Below, in pieces: positions 9,876 through 21,461 of a stretch of DNA of 64,000 nt. How positions within the stretch are numbered: position 1 is the stretch's first letter; the number at the start of each line of letters is the position of its first letter. The stretch is from Myxococcales bacterium. GTDB taxonomy: Bacteria > Myxococcota_A > Polyangia > Polyangiales > JADJMO01. The stretch covers positions 94,009 through 158,008 of the forward strand of contig JADJMO010000007.1 of the NCBI GenBank assembly GCA_016709545.1. The letters are read 5' to 3'. The translations under genes and the position numbers were made by a program. The notes under the pieces were generated by a model, which worked only from the letters and a program-made list of their open reading frames with translations, searched no databases and was not told the DNA's origin.

Positions 9876-10583
9876 ATGTCCACCGAGGACCCGGCACCCA
9901 CCGTTTCCGCCCCGGAACCACCTGAAGAGCCGAAGAGCGAGGGCAACCTCCTCGCGCTGCGCGTCGCCACGGCGCTCGGCCCGCTCCTCGTGGTGGTCTT
10001 CGTCCTCCGACCGAGCAACAAGCTCGTGCTGTTCGGCGTCGTGCTCGGCGTGTTCGCGGCGGTGGAGCTCCTCGCCCGCACCATCGCCGCCCGCGCGCGG
10101 GACAGGGTCAAGAACCTCACCATGGTGTTCGGCCTCGTGAGCGCGGCCGGCGTCATCGCCTCCCTGGTCCTCACGAGCTTCCAGGACGCGACCGTCTACG
10201 CGATGGGCGTGGATCGCCTGGTGGCCGAGAAGACCAAGTGGACCAACCGCCAGGTCCGGGTCGAGGGCGTCCTGGTCAAGGGCACCCTCCGCTTCCGTGA
10301 GGTCCCCTGCGAATACGCCTTCGACGCGACCAAGTCGGGCGCGGTCGTCCACATCCGCTATCCCTCGTGCATCAAGCCCGACACCCTGCGCGACGACATG
10401 CCCGAGGTCGGGGTCACCGCCGAGGGCAAGCTGCAGGCGAACGGCGAGTTCGTCGCCAACAACGTCCTCGCCAAGTGCCCCTCGAAGTACGACATGAAAG
10501 ACAAGCCCAAGCCCGGCCAGTCGGCGCCGGTGCCGGGCGCGCCGCCGCCGAACCCGGCGGTCGTGATGCCCGCCGCGCCGTGA
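9876..10583 (+). CDS. ccmE: cytochrome c maturation heme chaperone CcmE, Cys (CxxxY) variant, with N-terminal extension
   Basis: VYAMGVD.L, QVRVEG.LVKG, IKPDTLRD, VTAEG, FVANNVLAKCPSKY (canonical motif is LAKHDENY). Confidence 0.85.
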   Translation: MSTEDPAPTVSAPEPPEEPKSEGNLLALRVATALGPLLVVVFVLRPSNKLVLFGVVLGVFAAVELLARTIAARARDRVKNLTMVFGLVSAAGVIASLVLTSFQDATVYAMGVDRLVAEKTKWTNRQVRVEGVLVKGTLRFREVPCEYAFDATKSGAVVHIRYPSCIKPDTLRDDMPEVGVTAEGKLQANGEFVANNVLAKCPSKYDMKDKPKPGQSAPVPGAPPPNPAVVMPAAP

Positions 10584-10646
10584 TCGGGCGCCGCTGCAGA
10601 CGGTAGTTGCCTCCCGCGCCCTCCGGCCGGTACGCTCCGGCCCCAC

Positions 10647-11177
10647 ATGGCGCAGAAGCAGATTGTCTGCAGTTCCTGCAGTTACAAGAACCCGCCCGGC
10701 TCGAAGCGGTGCGTCTCCTGCGGCTCGAAGCTGGACGGCGTCGGCCCGGTGGAGCGCTCCAAGCAGGAGCAGCTCGCGCGCCGCTACCAGCAGGAGTCGT
10801 TCTCCGTGCTGTGGCTGGTCATCGGCATCGTGGTGCAGGCCGTGCTCACCGGCGCCATCATCATGGGCCTCCCGCAGGTCGTCTCCGCCCTCGATTTCGA
10901 GGGGTCGCACGGCATGATGACCAGCATCGGCATCTGGTTCGTCGGCGGCATGCTGGTCGGGATGATCTCCCCGGGCCGCACGTTCCTCGAGCCGTTCATC
11001 GCCTCCTTCATCGTGGCGATCCCGACCGTCTACTTCCTCTACAAGACCGAGACCGTCTTCACCCTGCCGCCGTTCCTCTACGTCGTCATGGGCGGCATCG
11101 GCATCCTCTTCTCGCTCATCGGTAGCTACCTCGGCGAGCGGATCCAGATGGGTCCGCCCCCGAAGACCGCCGAGTAA
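10647..11177 (+). CDS. zinc-ribbon membrane protein
   Basis: CSSC-x10-CVSC N-terminal ribbon followed by four hydrophobic helices. Confidence 0.75.
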   Translation: MAQKQIVCSSCSYKNPPGSKRCVSCGSKLDGVGPVERSKQEQLARRYQQESFSVLWLVIGIVVQAVLTGAIIMGLPQVVSALDFEGSHGMMTSIGIWFVGGMLVGMISPGRTFLEPFIASFIVAIPTVYFLYKTETVFTLPPFLYVVMGGIGILFSLIGSYLGERIQMGPPPKTAE

Positions 11178-11190
11178 CGGCGGGGGCGCC

Positions 11191-11219
11191 TTGCGTCGCG
11201 GGCCGGCAGGTTCCAACCT
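11191..11219 (+). promoter_or_regulatory. putative sigma70-type promoter of rimO
   Basis: TTGCGT (11191-96), 17 nt spacer, CAACCT (11214-19), 11 nt before ATG 11231. Confidence 0.4.
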
Positions 11220-11230
11220 CTCGGCCCCGC

Positions 11231-12685
<1,455 letters not shown>

Positions 12686-12694
12686 CCCAGCAAA

Positions 12695-13729
12695 TCAGGG
12701 CGCCGTCGTGAAGCTCCAGTCCTTCTTCCACGCGGCGCCGTTGTTGCCCTCCGCGTGCATCAGGTACTTGGTGCCCTTCTCGAGCGGCTTGTGCGTGTAG
12801 AAGAACGTGGCGTTCGACTGGTACGAGAGCTTCGGCACCGTGAGCACGGGGATCGGCGTCGTCGCGCCAGCCTTGGTGATCGTGTAGACCGAGAGCGTGC
12901 CGGTGTAGTGCACGCCGAGCACATACCCGCTCGGCCAGCCCGTCGGAGGGGCAGGGGGCGCGGGGCTCTCCGCGCCGTTGAAGCTGATCGGGACGTTGGT
13001 CTGGCCGTCGTACGGATACACCGCGACGACGGTCTTGGGCGTGCTCGCGCCCGCGCCGAAGTCCATGGTGTCGCACCCCGCCGCGCCGCCGTAGCCGAAC
13101 TCGCGGGTCCACGGGTCGATGATGGGGTAGCGGTGGTAGACGGTGTCGATCCAGCCCTGCACCGCGGGCTTCGCGCTGCCGAGGAAATGCATGTCCTCCG
13201 ACGAGGGGCTGCCCGTGTAGCCGGCCTTCTTCTCGCGCTCGTTGAAGTTCGCCGCGTAGAACGACGCGCACGTCGCGACCTCCACGTGCGGGTTCGCGAT
13301 GCAGCTCGCCGTCTTCTTGTTGGCGACGTAGTACTCGCAGTGCTTCTCGGCGCCCAGATCGAGCGCGGCGTTCACGGCGGCGCACGGCGAGCCCGCCCCG
13401 GTGCGCGCGGCGTTCACGGCGGCGTAGGCTTCGAGCGCCGCGGCCGAGATCCCGGCCGGCGCGGCGGGGCAACCCGGCGGTGGCGGCGGCGGCGGACCGG
13501 TGTCCGTCGGCGGCGGACCGGTGTCCGTCGGCGGCGTGCCGGTGTCCGTCGCGGCGCCGGTGTCCGTCGCGGCGCCGGTGTCCGTCGTCCCGTCGGGGCC
13601 GCCCTCGGCGCCCGTCTCGTCGCCCGCCTCGGTGCCCCCGTCGTCGTCGACCACGGCGCCGTCGTCGCCGCCTCCACAACCGACCGCCACCGCGAACGAG
13701 GAGAGCCAGAGCCAGCGAAGTCGAAGCAT
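12695..13729 (-). CDS. CAP/SCP-domain lipoprotein
   Basis: Lipobox AVGC, TDTG repeat linker. VNAARTGAG...AEKHCEY...SEDM...WIDTVYHR.PII...FGYG is a CAP pattern, followed by a C-terminal Ig-like segment. Confidence 0.8.
   Translation of the reverse strand: MLRLRWLWLSSFAVAVGCGGGDDGAVVDDDGGTEAGDETGAEGGPDGTTDTGAATDTGAATDTGTPPTDTGPPPTDTGPPPPPPPGCPAAPAGISAAALEAYAAVNAARTGAGSPCAAVNAALDLGAEKHCEYYVANKKTASCIANPHVEVATCASFYAANFNEREKKAGYTGSPSSEDMHFLGSAKPAVQGWIDTVYHRYPIIDPWTREFGYGGAAGCDTMDFGAGASTPKTVVAVYPYDGQTNVPISFNGAESPAPPAPPTGWPSGYVLGVHYTGTLSVYTITKAGATTPIPVLTVPKLSYQSNATFFYTHKPLEKGTKYLMHAEGNNGAAWKKDWSFTTAP
13491..13590. repeat. intragenic 18-21 bp tandem repeats encoding TDTG(AA/TPP/PPP)
   Basis: Core ccggtgtccgtc occurs 5 times in tandem array. 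Confidence 0.85.
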
Positions 13730-13903
13730 GGGGCCTAGGTGGGACGCGCGAGGCGGATCGGGTCAACGCTCGGGGGCCCATGTCCCAGCGCAGGTCGGAT
13801 CCGTGCAGCGCCGCTGGTACTTTGCCGGCGAACCATCTCTGAGAAGTGCACCTCGGGGTCCCATCTCAGCGGTCCGGGGGTGGCGGGTTCGTACCCTCGA
13901 AGC

Positions 13904-15709
13904 GTGCGCGCCCCTGCTCCGGCCGACCCCGCGCGCCGGCGTCTCCGTCGCCTCGTGCCGCTGTTCGGGGGCACCGATGGCGAGGCCTTCAAGGGGTGTC
14001 TCGAGGGCCCGCTCGGACTCGAGCGGCTCGTCCTCGTCAAGCGGTCGCGGCGCCTCGGCTCGTACGACGACGAGCCGGCCGAGGCGCTCGGGCGCGAGGC
14101 GCGGGTCTACGCGCGGCTCGACCACCCCGCGCTTCCTCGGCTCGTCGACTTCTACGTCGACCAGAACCGGGTCGTGCTGTTGACGGCGTGGGTCGAAGGG
14201 GTGCCGCTCGAAGCGCTCCTCGGCGCCCTGCAGGCGCGGGGAGATCGCCTTCCCGAGGCCGCCGCGTTCCACCTCGCGGCGCAGCTCTTCGGGGCGCTCG
14301 CTGCGGCGCACGGCGCGTGCGACCCGGTGACGCGGGAGTTCGCGCCGATCGTCCACCAGAGCGTGTCGCCGAAGACGATCACGCTGACCGCGCAAGGCCA
14401 GATCGTGCTCGGCGACTTCGAGCGGTCGCGCACCCTCTCCTCGTACGAGCTCACGCCGAGCGGGCTGCTCGGGACCCACGAGGGCTACCTGGCGCCCGAG
14501 CAGGTGCAGGGCGAACGGCCGTCGGTGCGGGCCGACGTCTACAGCGCGTGCCTCATCCTGCGCGAACTGCTGCTCGGCGAGCCGGCGTTCCCGCACGACG
14601 ATCTCGACTACCTGACCTGGCTCGACGGCATCGCGCACCCGCGTCTGCGCCCGATCGTCGAGCGCTTGCCCCAGCTCGATCCAGAGGTGCGATGGCTGCT
14701 CGACGTGGGGCTGCGCCCGGAGCCCGAGAGCCGCAGCCTGACCGCGCCCATCGCGGCGCAGATCCTCGCCCCGCTCGCGCTCGCGGGCTCCGGGCAGCGA
14801 GAGCTCGCCGACTACGTGCGCCGGCTCTGCACCTCGGGTGCGTTTCCCAAGGCCGGGGCGTTCGACGCCGACACGAGCGATCCGACCCAGCCGCGCCCTA
14901 CCTCTTCGACGCTCCCGCCACTGCAGCCGCGCCCGAACCTCGTCGCGGTGACGAGGCAGCCCACGCCCGGGCCCACCGTCCGCGCGCTCCTCCCTTCGCC
15001 GACGTTCCCGTCGATCGAGCGCCGTCCCATCCAGGGTCCGATCGTCGCGGGGGGCTTCGCGCTCGCGCTGGTCGCCGGGGTCGCCGCGTTCCTCGTCGCG
15101 CGCGAGTGGAGAACCCCACAGTCGACCGTCGTCGTCCAGGCGGCGCCGACCCACGTCACGCCACCGAAGCCCGCGAGCGCTTCGCCATCGGCGCTGCCCT
15201 CACCAGCGTCGGGCCTCGTCGACTCCACCACGACGTCCAAGGAGCAGGTCACGCGCTTCTTCACGAAGGCTGGCCTGACGGGCGTGTTCACGCGGTGCTT
15301 CGGGCCCGACGACCGGCCGCGCGACGGCCTCACGCTCCGCGCGCGGTGCAAGGGCGGCCCGACGATCACCGTGCTCGTCGTCCAGCCCTCGCACGGGCCG
15401 GTTCGCCACCTCGCCGCGTACGCGGAGGTCCCGCTCGACGGCAAGGGCTGGGGCAAGGACCCGCACGCCCTCCTCTACTCGTTCGATCGCGACAAGGTCT
15501 TCCCGGTGCGACACGTGCCGACGGCCGTCGACAACCGCAACCCGACGTTCGGGCCCACGTTCGGCGCGGGGCACGACCTCCACGTCGCGCCGTCGCTCCT
15601 CCGCGGCATGAGCGGTCCCCGCAGCTTCCTCCTCGTCGCCAACGAGGCCGAGATCGTCGGCCACTTCGGGTTCTTCCGCGTGGAGCAGCTCGAGGTGTTC
15701 CGTCGCTAG
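13904..15709 (+). CDS. Ser/Thr pseudokinase - TM helix - C-terminal TLDc-like domain
   Basis: Kinase fold (VLVK, REAR, LDHP, YLAPEQ, ADVYS) but HRD->HQS and DFG->DFE. TM IVAGGFALALVAGVAAFLVA. C-terminal CKGGPTITVL..DPHALLYSF..GPTFGAGHDLHV..FRVEQLEVF matches the TLDc pattern. GTG 13904 has TACCCT 6 nt upstream. Confidence 0.8.
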   Translation: MRAPAPADPARRRLRRLVPLFGGTDGEAFKGCLEGPLGLERLVLVKRSRRLGSYDDEPAEALGREARVYARLDHPALPRLVDFYVDQNRVVLLTAWVEGVPLEALLGALQARGDRLPEAAAFHLAAQLFGALAAAHGACDPVTREFAPIVHQSVSPKTITLTAQGQIVLGDFERSRTLSSYELTPSGLLGTHEGYLAPEQVQGERPSVRADVYSACLILRELLLGEPAFPHDDLDYLTWLDGIAHPRLRPIVERLPQLDPEVRWLLDVGLRPEPESRSLTAPIAAQILAPLALAGSGQRELADYVRRLCTSGAFPKAGAFDADTSDPTQPRPTSSTLPPLQPRPNLVAVTRQPTPGPTVRALLPSPTFPSIERRPIQGPIVAGGFALALVAGVAAFLVAREWRTPQSTVVVQAAPTHVTPPKPASASPSALPSPASGLVDSTTTSKEQVTRFFTKAGLTGVFTRCFGPDDRPRDGLTLRARCKGGPTITVLVVQPSHGPVRHLAAYAEVPLDGKGWGKDPHALLYSFDRDKVFPVRHVPTAVDNRNPTFGPTFGAGHDLHVAPSLLRGMSGPRSFLLVANEAEIVGHFGFFRVEQLEVFRR

Positions 15710-18374
15710 AGCTCGGCGCGGAGCAGCGGCACCGCGGGGTCGAGGAAGTAGCCCTGGGGATTCGAGCGGAGCAGATCGCGCAAGCCGAGGTTGCGCAGCG
15801 CGAGCACGACCGTGTGCAGCCGTGTGCGACCGGCATCGGCGACGAAGCGCTCGTCGGGCCAGACGGCGGCGATGAGGGTCGGGCGTGACAGCGGCTCGCC
15901 AGGGTGGTCGACGCGCGCGGCGACCAGCGCCGAGAGCAGCACGCGCAGCTTGCGGCGGGTCGAGAGGTCTATCTGCTTGCCGTCGGGCACGCGTACCCAG
16001 GCATCGTCGCGGCCCACGACGAGGCTCTCCCGCCAGCTCTCCGGCGCCGGAGAAGGCGGCCGATCGCTCTCTCTCGCGAGCGCCGTCGAGACCCGCAGGA
16101 CGAGCCGCGCCGCGATCCGCGCGCGCGGCGAGTAGGGGCCACGGTCGGTCGCGGCGTGCCGCTTGGCCGTCCGCGCCGCGCGCTGCGTGAGCTCCCGGGT
16201 CAGCGTGCCGGCGCGCTGCCTTTCGCGCAGCGCCACGTGGCTCGCGTGCAGCTCGAGGCACACCTCGGCCGCGGCCAGCCCATCGCCGAGCGCTCGGGCC
16301 TGGTCGAGCAAGGCGTGGGCATCGGTGAAGCGCCCGGCGACCGCTTGCACGCTCCCGAGCTCCGCGTGGCTGAACGCCGAGCGCAGGCGATCGGGCTGGT
16401 CGTGCAGCGCCTCGACGGCCTCGAGCTCAGCCTGAGCCGCGTCGCCGAGCTCGAGCCAGAGCATCGCGTGGTGGGCGCGCACGAGGGCCGCGTAACCGCG
16501 CGCGGTCACCCGCACGAACCCGGCGATGGCCGCGCGATAGGCCTCGTGGGCGCGCGCGACGAAGCCCGGGTCGCCCGCCAGATCGGCGGTGAACGCCCGC
16601 TCGTGCAGGACCGCCGCGCGGTTGGCCACGATCGAGGTGCGGGTGTGGGTGTCGAGCCGCGGGTCGTCTTGCAGCGCGGCGGCGGCGACCTCGGCGTCGT
16701 CGACGCGCCCGAGGTACAAGAGGTTGATCGCCAGGTTGGCCTGACCGATCGTGGCGAGTCGCACCTCGCCGAGCGCGCGGAGCGACAGCGCCTCGCGGCG
16801 CAGCGTGGCGATGGCCCCGTCGGAGTCCTCCCCGAGGAGGAGGGCCGTCGTCGCGAGGTAGAGCCGCGTCGCGTGGAGGACGCGCCCGGCCGGGCCTCGA
16901 CCGAGGGCGTCGAGGAGGGCCGCGCCCACCGCGCGCGCCTCCTCGTAGCGGCCCCCGACGACCCGATCGACGAGCCAGCGCAGCCAGAGCTCGTGGAGGA
17001 GCGTGGGGTCGTGCACCGCGAGCGCCGCCCCACCGGCTTCGAGGTGCAGCGCCGTCGCCGTTGCGAAGTCTCCCTGCCGCTGGCGTACCAGCGCCGCGAG
17101 CGACAGCAACCGGGCGCGCATCGCGAGCGCGACCTCGTCGCTCCTTCCCGCGCGCACGACCGCGCGAGTGAGCCACGCGTCGACGTCGGGCGCGACGCCC
17201 CGGAACGCGAGCAGCGGCTCGACGGCGACGACGAGTCGCGCGCGGACGGCGTCGTCGGGCACCGCAGGGAGCTGCACCTCACCGGCGTCGAGCCTTCGCT
17301 CGACGAGCAGGAGCTCGGGCAGGAGTCGCTCGAGCGCGGCCACCGCGTCCTTCCCCGGCGCCTCGGCGCGCGCGAGGAAGTGGGTCGCGTGGAGGACCCG
17401 CGCCTCGCGCAAGATCGCGGGCTCGTCCTTCGCGGCGGTGGCGGCCCACGCCCGCACGGGCTCGTACATCGAGAAGCGTGGATCCTCGACGCCGGTGCTG
17501 CAGAGCAGCGAGCTCTCGACGAGCGTACGGAGCTGCGTCGTCGCGTCGCCGCGCAGCACGGCGCGGGCCGCCTCGCGATCGAACGGGGCGCCGAACACGG
17601 CGCAGCGGAGGAGGGCCTCGCGCGCTTCCGGCGATAGCAGCCGGACCGACGCCTGCACCACGTCGTGCAGCGGCTGCAGCGGCGAGGCCCCGCGCGGATC
17701 AAGGAGCTCCTCGGCGAGCCCTCGGAGCCCGAGCACCGGCAGCTGCGCCGCGCAGAGCTCGATGGCCAGCGGAAGCCGCCGGGGCGCGGGAGGATCCTCG
17801 CGAGTTCGGGTTCGCGGCCGGCGACCGCGAAGTCGGGACGGACGAGCCGCGCGCGCGCGGTGAACAGCTCTTCGGCCGCCGAGGGACCGCCGTCGACGGA
17901 GGTGGAGGGGAGGGGCTCGACGGGCCAGCGCTGCTCGCCCTCGACGCCGAGGACCGGCCGCGCCGTGCAGAGGAATCGTGAGCGCCCACCCCGTGCGAGG
18001 AGGGAGGTGAGGAGCTCGGCGAGCGCGGTGCGCACGCCGTCGCAGTCGTCGAGGACCACGAGCGGCGCGCCGAGGGACTCGAGCGCGTCGGCGATCGCCG
18101 CCACCTCGGCCTGGGCCCCCACGGGCTCGAGCTCGAGGGCGCGGAACATCTCGCTGGAGAGCGCGCGTGGCCCGTCGGCGCGCGAGAGATCGATGAACAG
18201 GGCAGCGCGGTCGCGGGCCACCTCGACGGCCAGGCGGCTCTTGCCCACGCCCGCGGGACCGATCAGCGTGACGAGTCGGTGGCGGTCCAGCGTTGCGGAC
18301 AGCGCCCTGCGCTCCTGCTCGCGACCCACGAACGAGGTCGCGGGCAGCGGCAGAACGTTCCCCCGACGTTCCAT
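15706..18374 (-). CDS. STAND/NB-ARC-like ATPase - TPR - winged-HTH regulator, apparent frameshift near 17780
   Basis: LPATSFVGRE, GPAGVGKSRLA, LVVLDDCD in frame 16506..18476. LPLAIELCAA, TPR-like helices and C-terminal IDLSTRRKLR..LIAAVWPDE..RLHTVV..LR.LGL in frame 15706..19086. Confidence 0.75.
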
Positions 18375-18427
18375 CGGGCGCGAAGCTAGCCCCGGCGGGC
18401 CTCGGATGCGAAGGCGTGGCCGCTGGC

Positions 18428-18443
18428 GGGGGGGGGGGGGGGG
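18428..18443. repeat. G16 homopolymer flanked by GCTGGC/GCCAGC inverted repeat in a divergent intergenic region
   Basis: Seen directly at 18422-18448. Confidence 0.8.
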
Positions 18444-18550
18444 CCAGCATTCGCCCTCCCGAGGAGCTCGGCGCAACCGCGAACGTCCTTGACCGGCTCA
18501 CCTCTTCCCGCGACACCTGAGCCCAGGGTGGGCCAGCAGGTGTACGACCG

Positions 18551-19558
18551 ATGAGCGCGCGTCCGCTGGCTCTCGCGGTGGCGGTGAGCGCGCTGTCGCC
18601 CACCCTGTCGCCCACCCTGTCGCCCGCTGCGTCGGCAGCCGTGGGCATCCCGGTGGCGCTGGCCGTCGGGCCAGCGTTCGACGAGGCGCCGACGAAGGAA
18701 GCCGAGCGCCACCTCCCCGAGCGGCCAGCGCTCCCGTGGTCCGCGTTCCTCACCGTCCCGAGCGGCAACCCCGTCCATGGGGAAGCCGTGTCGGGGGGCC
18801 AGCCCAACGTGTGGGTACACGTGCCGGCGCACTTCGACTGGGAGGCCGAGAAGCTCTCGGTGGTGGTCGTCTTCCACGGCTTCCACAACTGCCTGCGCAG
18901 CTTCGTCGCGAGCACGGGGCAGCCGTGCAAGCGCTTCCAGTATCCGCGCACCGCGTACGATCTCGTCGGCCAGTTCGCGCGCGCCGAGGCGCGGTCGATC
19001 GTCGTCGTGCCCCAGCTCGCGTACGACGCCCACGCGAGCGATCCCGGCGTGCTCGGACGCGCCGGCGCCGTGCGCACGCTCGTCACCGACGCGCTCGCGG
19101 CGCGGCCGTTCGTCGGGGACCGTGGCGTCGAGGCAATCGGTCGGGTGGCCTACGTCAGCGCCTCGGGAGGCTTCGAGGCGCTCTACCCGGCGCTCGCGCG
19201 CGGCGGGTTCGCGGTCGACGACGTGCTCGTGCTGGACGGATTCTATGGCAGCTCACCCGAGCTCGACGCGTGGGTCGACGGGGCCATCGACGCGCTCGCG
19301 TCCCCGCGGCCGAAGCGGCTCGCGATCGTCTACGCCACGAGCGAGACCACCCTGCCGCCGACCGAGGCGTTCGGCGAGGCGCTCCGCGCGCGTCTCGGCC
19401 CGCGGGGAGGGGCCGCGAGCCTGCGCTTCGAGACCAAGGAGAGCGCGCTCGCCGTGACGGACCTGACCGCGCCCTTCTCCATCGTCCACAGTCTCGAGAC
19501 GCACGACGACGTGGCCCGCGTCGAGCTCTGGAAGCTGCTCGCCGCCGCCCAGCTCTAG
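18551..19558 (+). CDS. secreted alpha/beta-hydrolase-like protein
   Basis: Signal-like N-terminus with LSPT repeats (12 bp tandem, 18593-18625). VVVVFHGFHNC, IVVVPQL, nucleophile-elbow-like YVSASGG, VLVLDGFYG. Confidence 0.6.
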   Translation: MSARPLALAVAVSALSPTLSPTLSPAASAAVGIPVALAVGPAFDEAPTKEAERHLPERPALPWSAFLTVPSGNPVHGEAVSGGQPNVWVHVPAHFDWEAEKLSVVVVFHGFHNCLRSFVASTGQPCKRFQYPRTAYDLVGQFARAEARSIVVVPQLAYDAHASDPGVLGRAGAVRTLVTDALAARPFVGDRGVEAIGRVAYVSASGGFEALYPALARGGFAVDDVLVLDGFYGSSPELDAWVDGAIDALASPRPKRLAIVYATSETTLPPTEAFGEALRARLGPRGGAASLRFETKESALAVTDLTAPFSIVHSLETHDDVARVELWKLLAAAQL

Positions 19559-19561
19559 CGC

Positions 19562-19747
19562 TCAGAACGTCGACTTGCGCGGCTCGCGGCGCTCGGTGTC
19601 CGGCGCATGTTCCGAGGGTGGCGGTGGGGGGAGCGATCGTGGGCTGTCTGGCAGCGTCGGTGCGTCGTCCTCACCGAACTGCTGCTCAGGCTCCTCCGAC
19701 GGAGCCCCACCGTGATCGAGCGAAGGAGGGTGGGCAGAGCCTGACAT
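19562..19747 (-). CDS. small acidic/Pro-rich hypothetical protein
   Basis: 61 aa ORF fills the gap between genes. TACCAT box 10 nt upstream of ATG. Confidence 0.4.
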   Translation of the reverse strand: MSGSAHPPSLDHGGAPSEEPEQQFGEDDAPTLPDSPRSLPPPPPSEHAPDTERREPRKSTF

Positions 19748-19807
19748 CGGGGGACGACATGGTACCGCGGGAACCGCCCGCGCAGGCAGTCGACCGTTGC
19801 TCCACCT

Positions 19808-21359
19808 TCACCCCTCGTCGTCGTGCTCGATCAACCGGGCGTCCACGTCGGCGCGGAGCCGCTCGAACGCCGAGTGGCCGATCTGGCCAGCCTCGTGGGC
19901 GCGCACCAGGGCGTCGCGCTCGACGAGGATCAGCTGCCGCCGCGCCACGTGCTCCTCCTCCGCCTCGATCTCCTGACGGGCGAGGTGGAGCTCCGCGATC
20001 GCCGCCTCGGAAGCGGCGATGCGCTCGCGATACGTGGTGCGCATGCGCTCGGCGGCCTCGGTGGAGAGCTTGCCCTCGCGGACCATCGCTTCGAGCCGCT
20101 CGAGGGCTTCGGTCGTCACGCGCAAGAGGCCGCGGTGCTCCTCGAACTGCGCGTGCTCGACCGGGCGATGACCCACCACGCCGAGCCAGCGGAGCAGCGG
20201 CGACATCGAGAGGCCCTGCAGCAGGATCGACAGCACGACGACGCCGAACGTGAGCGTGATCAGGAGCTCGCGCGCCGGGACCCACGCCGGCAGGCTCATC
20301 GCGAGCACCATGGAGAGCGCGCCGCGCAGCCCGCCCCACGTCATCACCGCGCGCCACGACCACGGCACGTTCTCGCGCGTGCGCGAGAGCACGAGGGTGG
20401 TGAGGTAGACCACGAGCGCTCGACCGAGCGTGACCGCGAGGTACGCGAGCAGGATCGGGCGCCACGCCTGCAAGAGCGCGCCGACCCGCACCTGGACGCC
20501 GATCAACAGGAACACCGCCGAGTTGAGCGCGAACGCGACGTACTCCCAGAACGACTCCACCGCGAGCCGCGTGCTCGGGCTCATCCCGGTGCGCGCGCCG
20601 TAGTTGCCGCACACGACCCCCGCGACCACCACCGCGATGACGCCGGAGAAGTGCAGCTCCTCGGCGACCGCGAACGACCCGTAGGCGGCGATGGTCGTGA
20701 GGGTGATCTCGATCATCGCCTCCTCGACGCGGTGGATGAGCAGCGAGGCCACGCCGCCGAATGCGCCGCCGATCAGCACGCCCATGCCGACCACGCGCAC
20801 GAAGTCCCACGCCGCGTGGCCGACCGTCTGGCCCTTGCCCTCGAGCACCGAGAGCACGAGCGTGAAGACCACCACGGCGGTACCGTCGTTGAGCAGGCTC
20901 TCTCCCTCGACCAGGACCGCGAGGCGACGGGGGGCGCCCAGGCTCTTGAAGGTGGCGACCACCGCGATCGGATCGGTCGCGCTGATGAGCGCCGAGAACG
21001 CGATCGCGCCGGCCCACCCGAAGCCGGGCACGGGCGAGAGGCGCACGCCGAGCATGAGCAGCGCGGCCGTGGCGGCGACCGCGAGCAGGAGCCCCGGCAC
21101 CGCGAGCCCGTGGATGGTCCACTTGTTCTGCCAGAGCTTGTCGAACTCGAGGTGGAACGCGGCCTCGAAGAGCAGACCAGGCAGGAACACGGCGTAGAGC
21201 AGCTGCTTGGTCAGCGGCGGCATCGCGAACGCGTGGCTCGCCCCGAGCGCGAGGCCGGCCAGCACGAGCGCGACCGTACGGCACGCGCAGCCGCCGGGCG
21301 ATCAACGCCACGGCCGTAGCGACCGAGAACAGGACCAGGAACAGCAGCTCGAACTGCAC
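19808..21359 (-). CDS. CPA1 family Na+/H+ antiporter (NhaP-like), apparent frameshift near 21278
   Basis: FLPGLLFEAA, SATDPIAVVA, EGESLLNDGTAVV, WGGLRGALSMVLA. N-terminus FELLFLVLFSVATAVALIARRLRVPY lies in another frame; a 2-nt loss in TAC(AC)GGTC restores PYTVALVLAG. Confidence 0.88.
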
Positions 21360-21461
21360 GACGCGCGTCAACGTAAGGCGCGGGCCGCCTGGGGGCCAAG
21401 GATCACCCTCTTCTGTTGCGGCCGCCCATGGAGGCGGCCGCTGTTCACTCGCCGTGCTCGT

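Noticed and set aside
15706-19086. Single 1126-aa ORF as given in the track
   Set aside because: Its N-terminal ~450 aa are antisense to 18551..19558 or out of frame. The real gene starts at 18374 in another frame.
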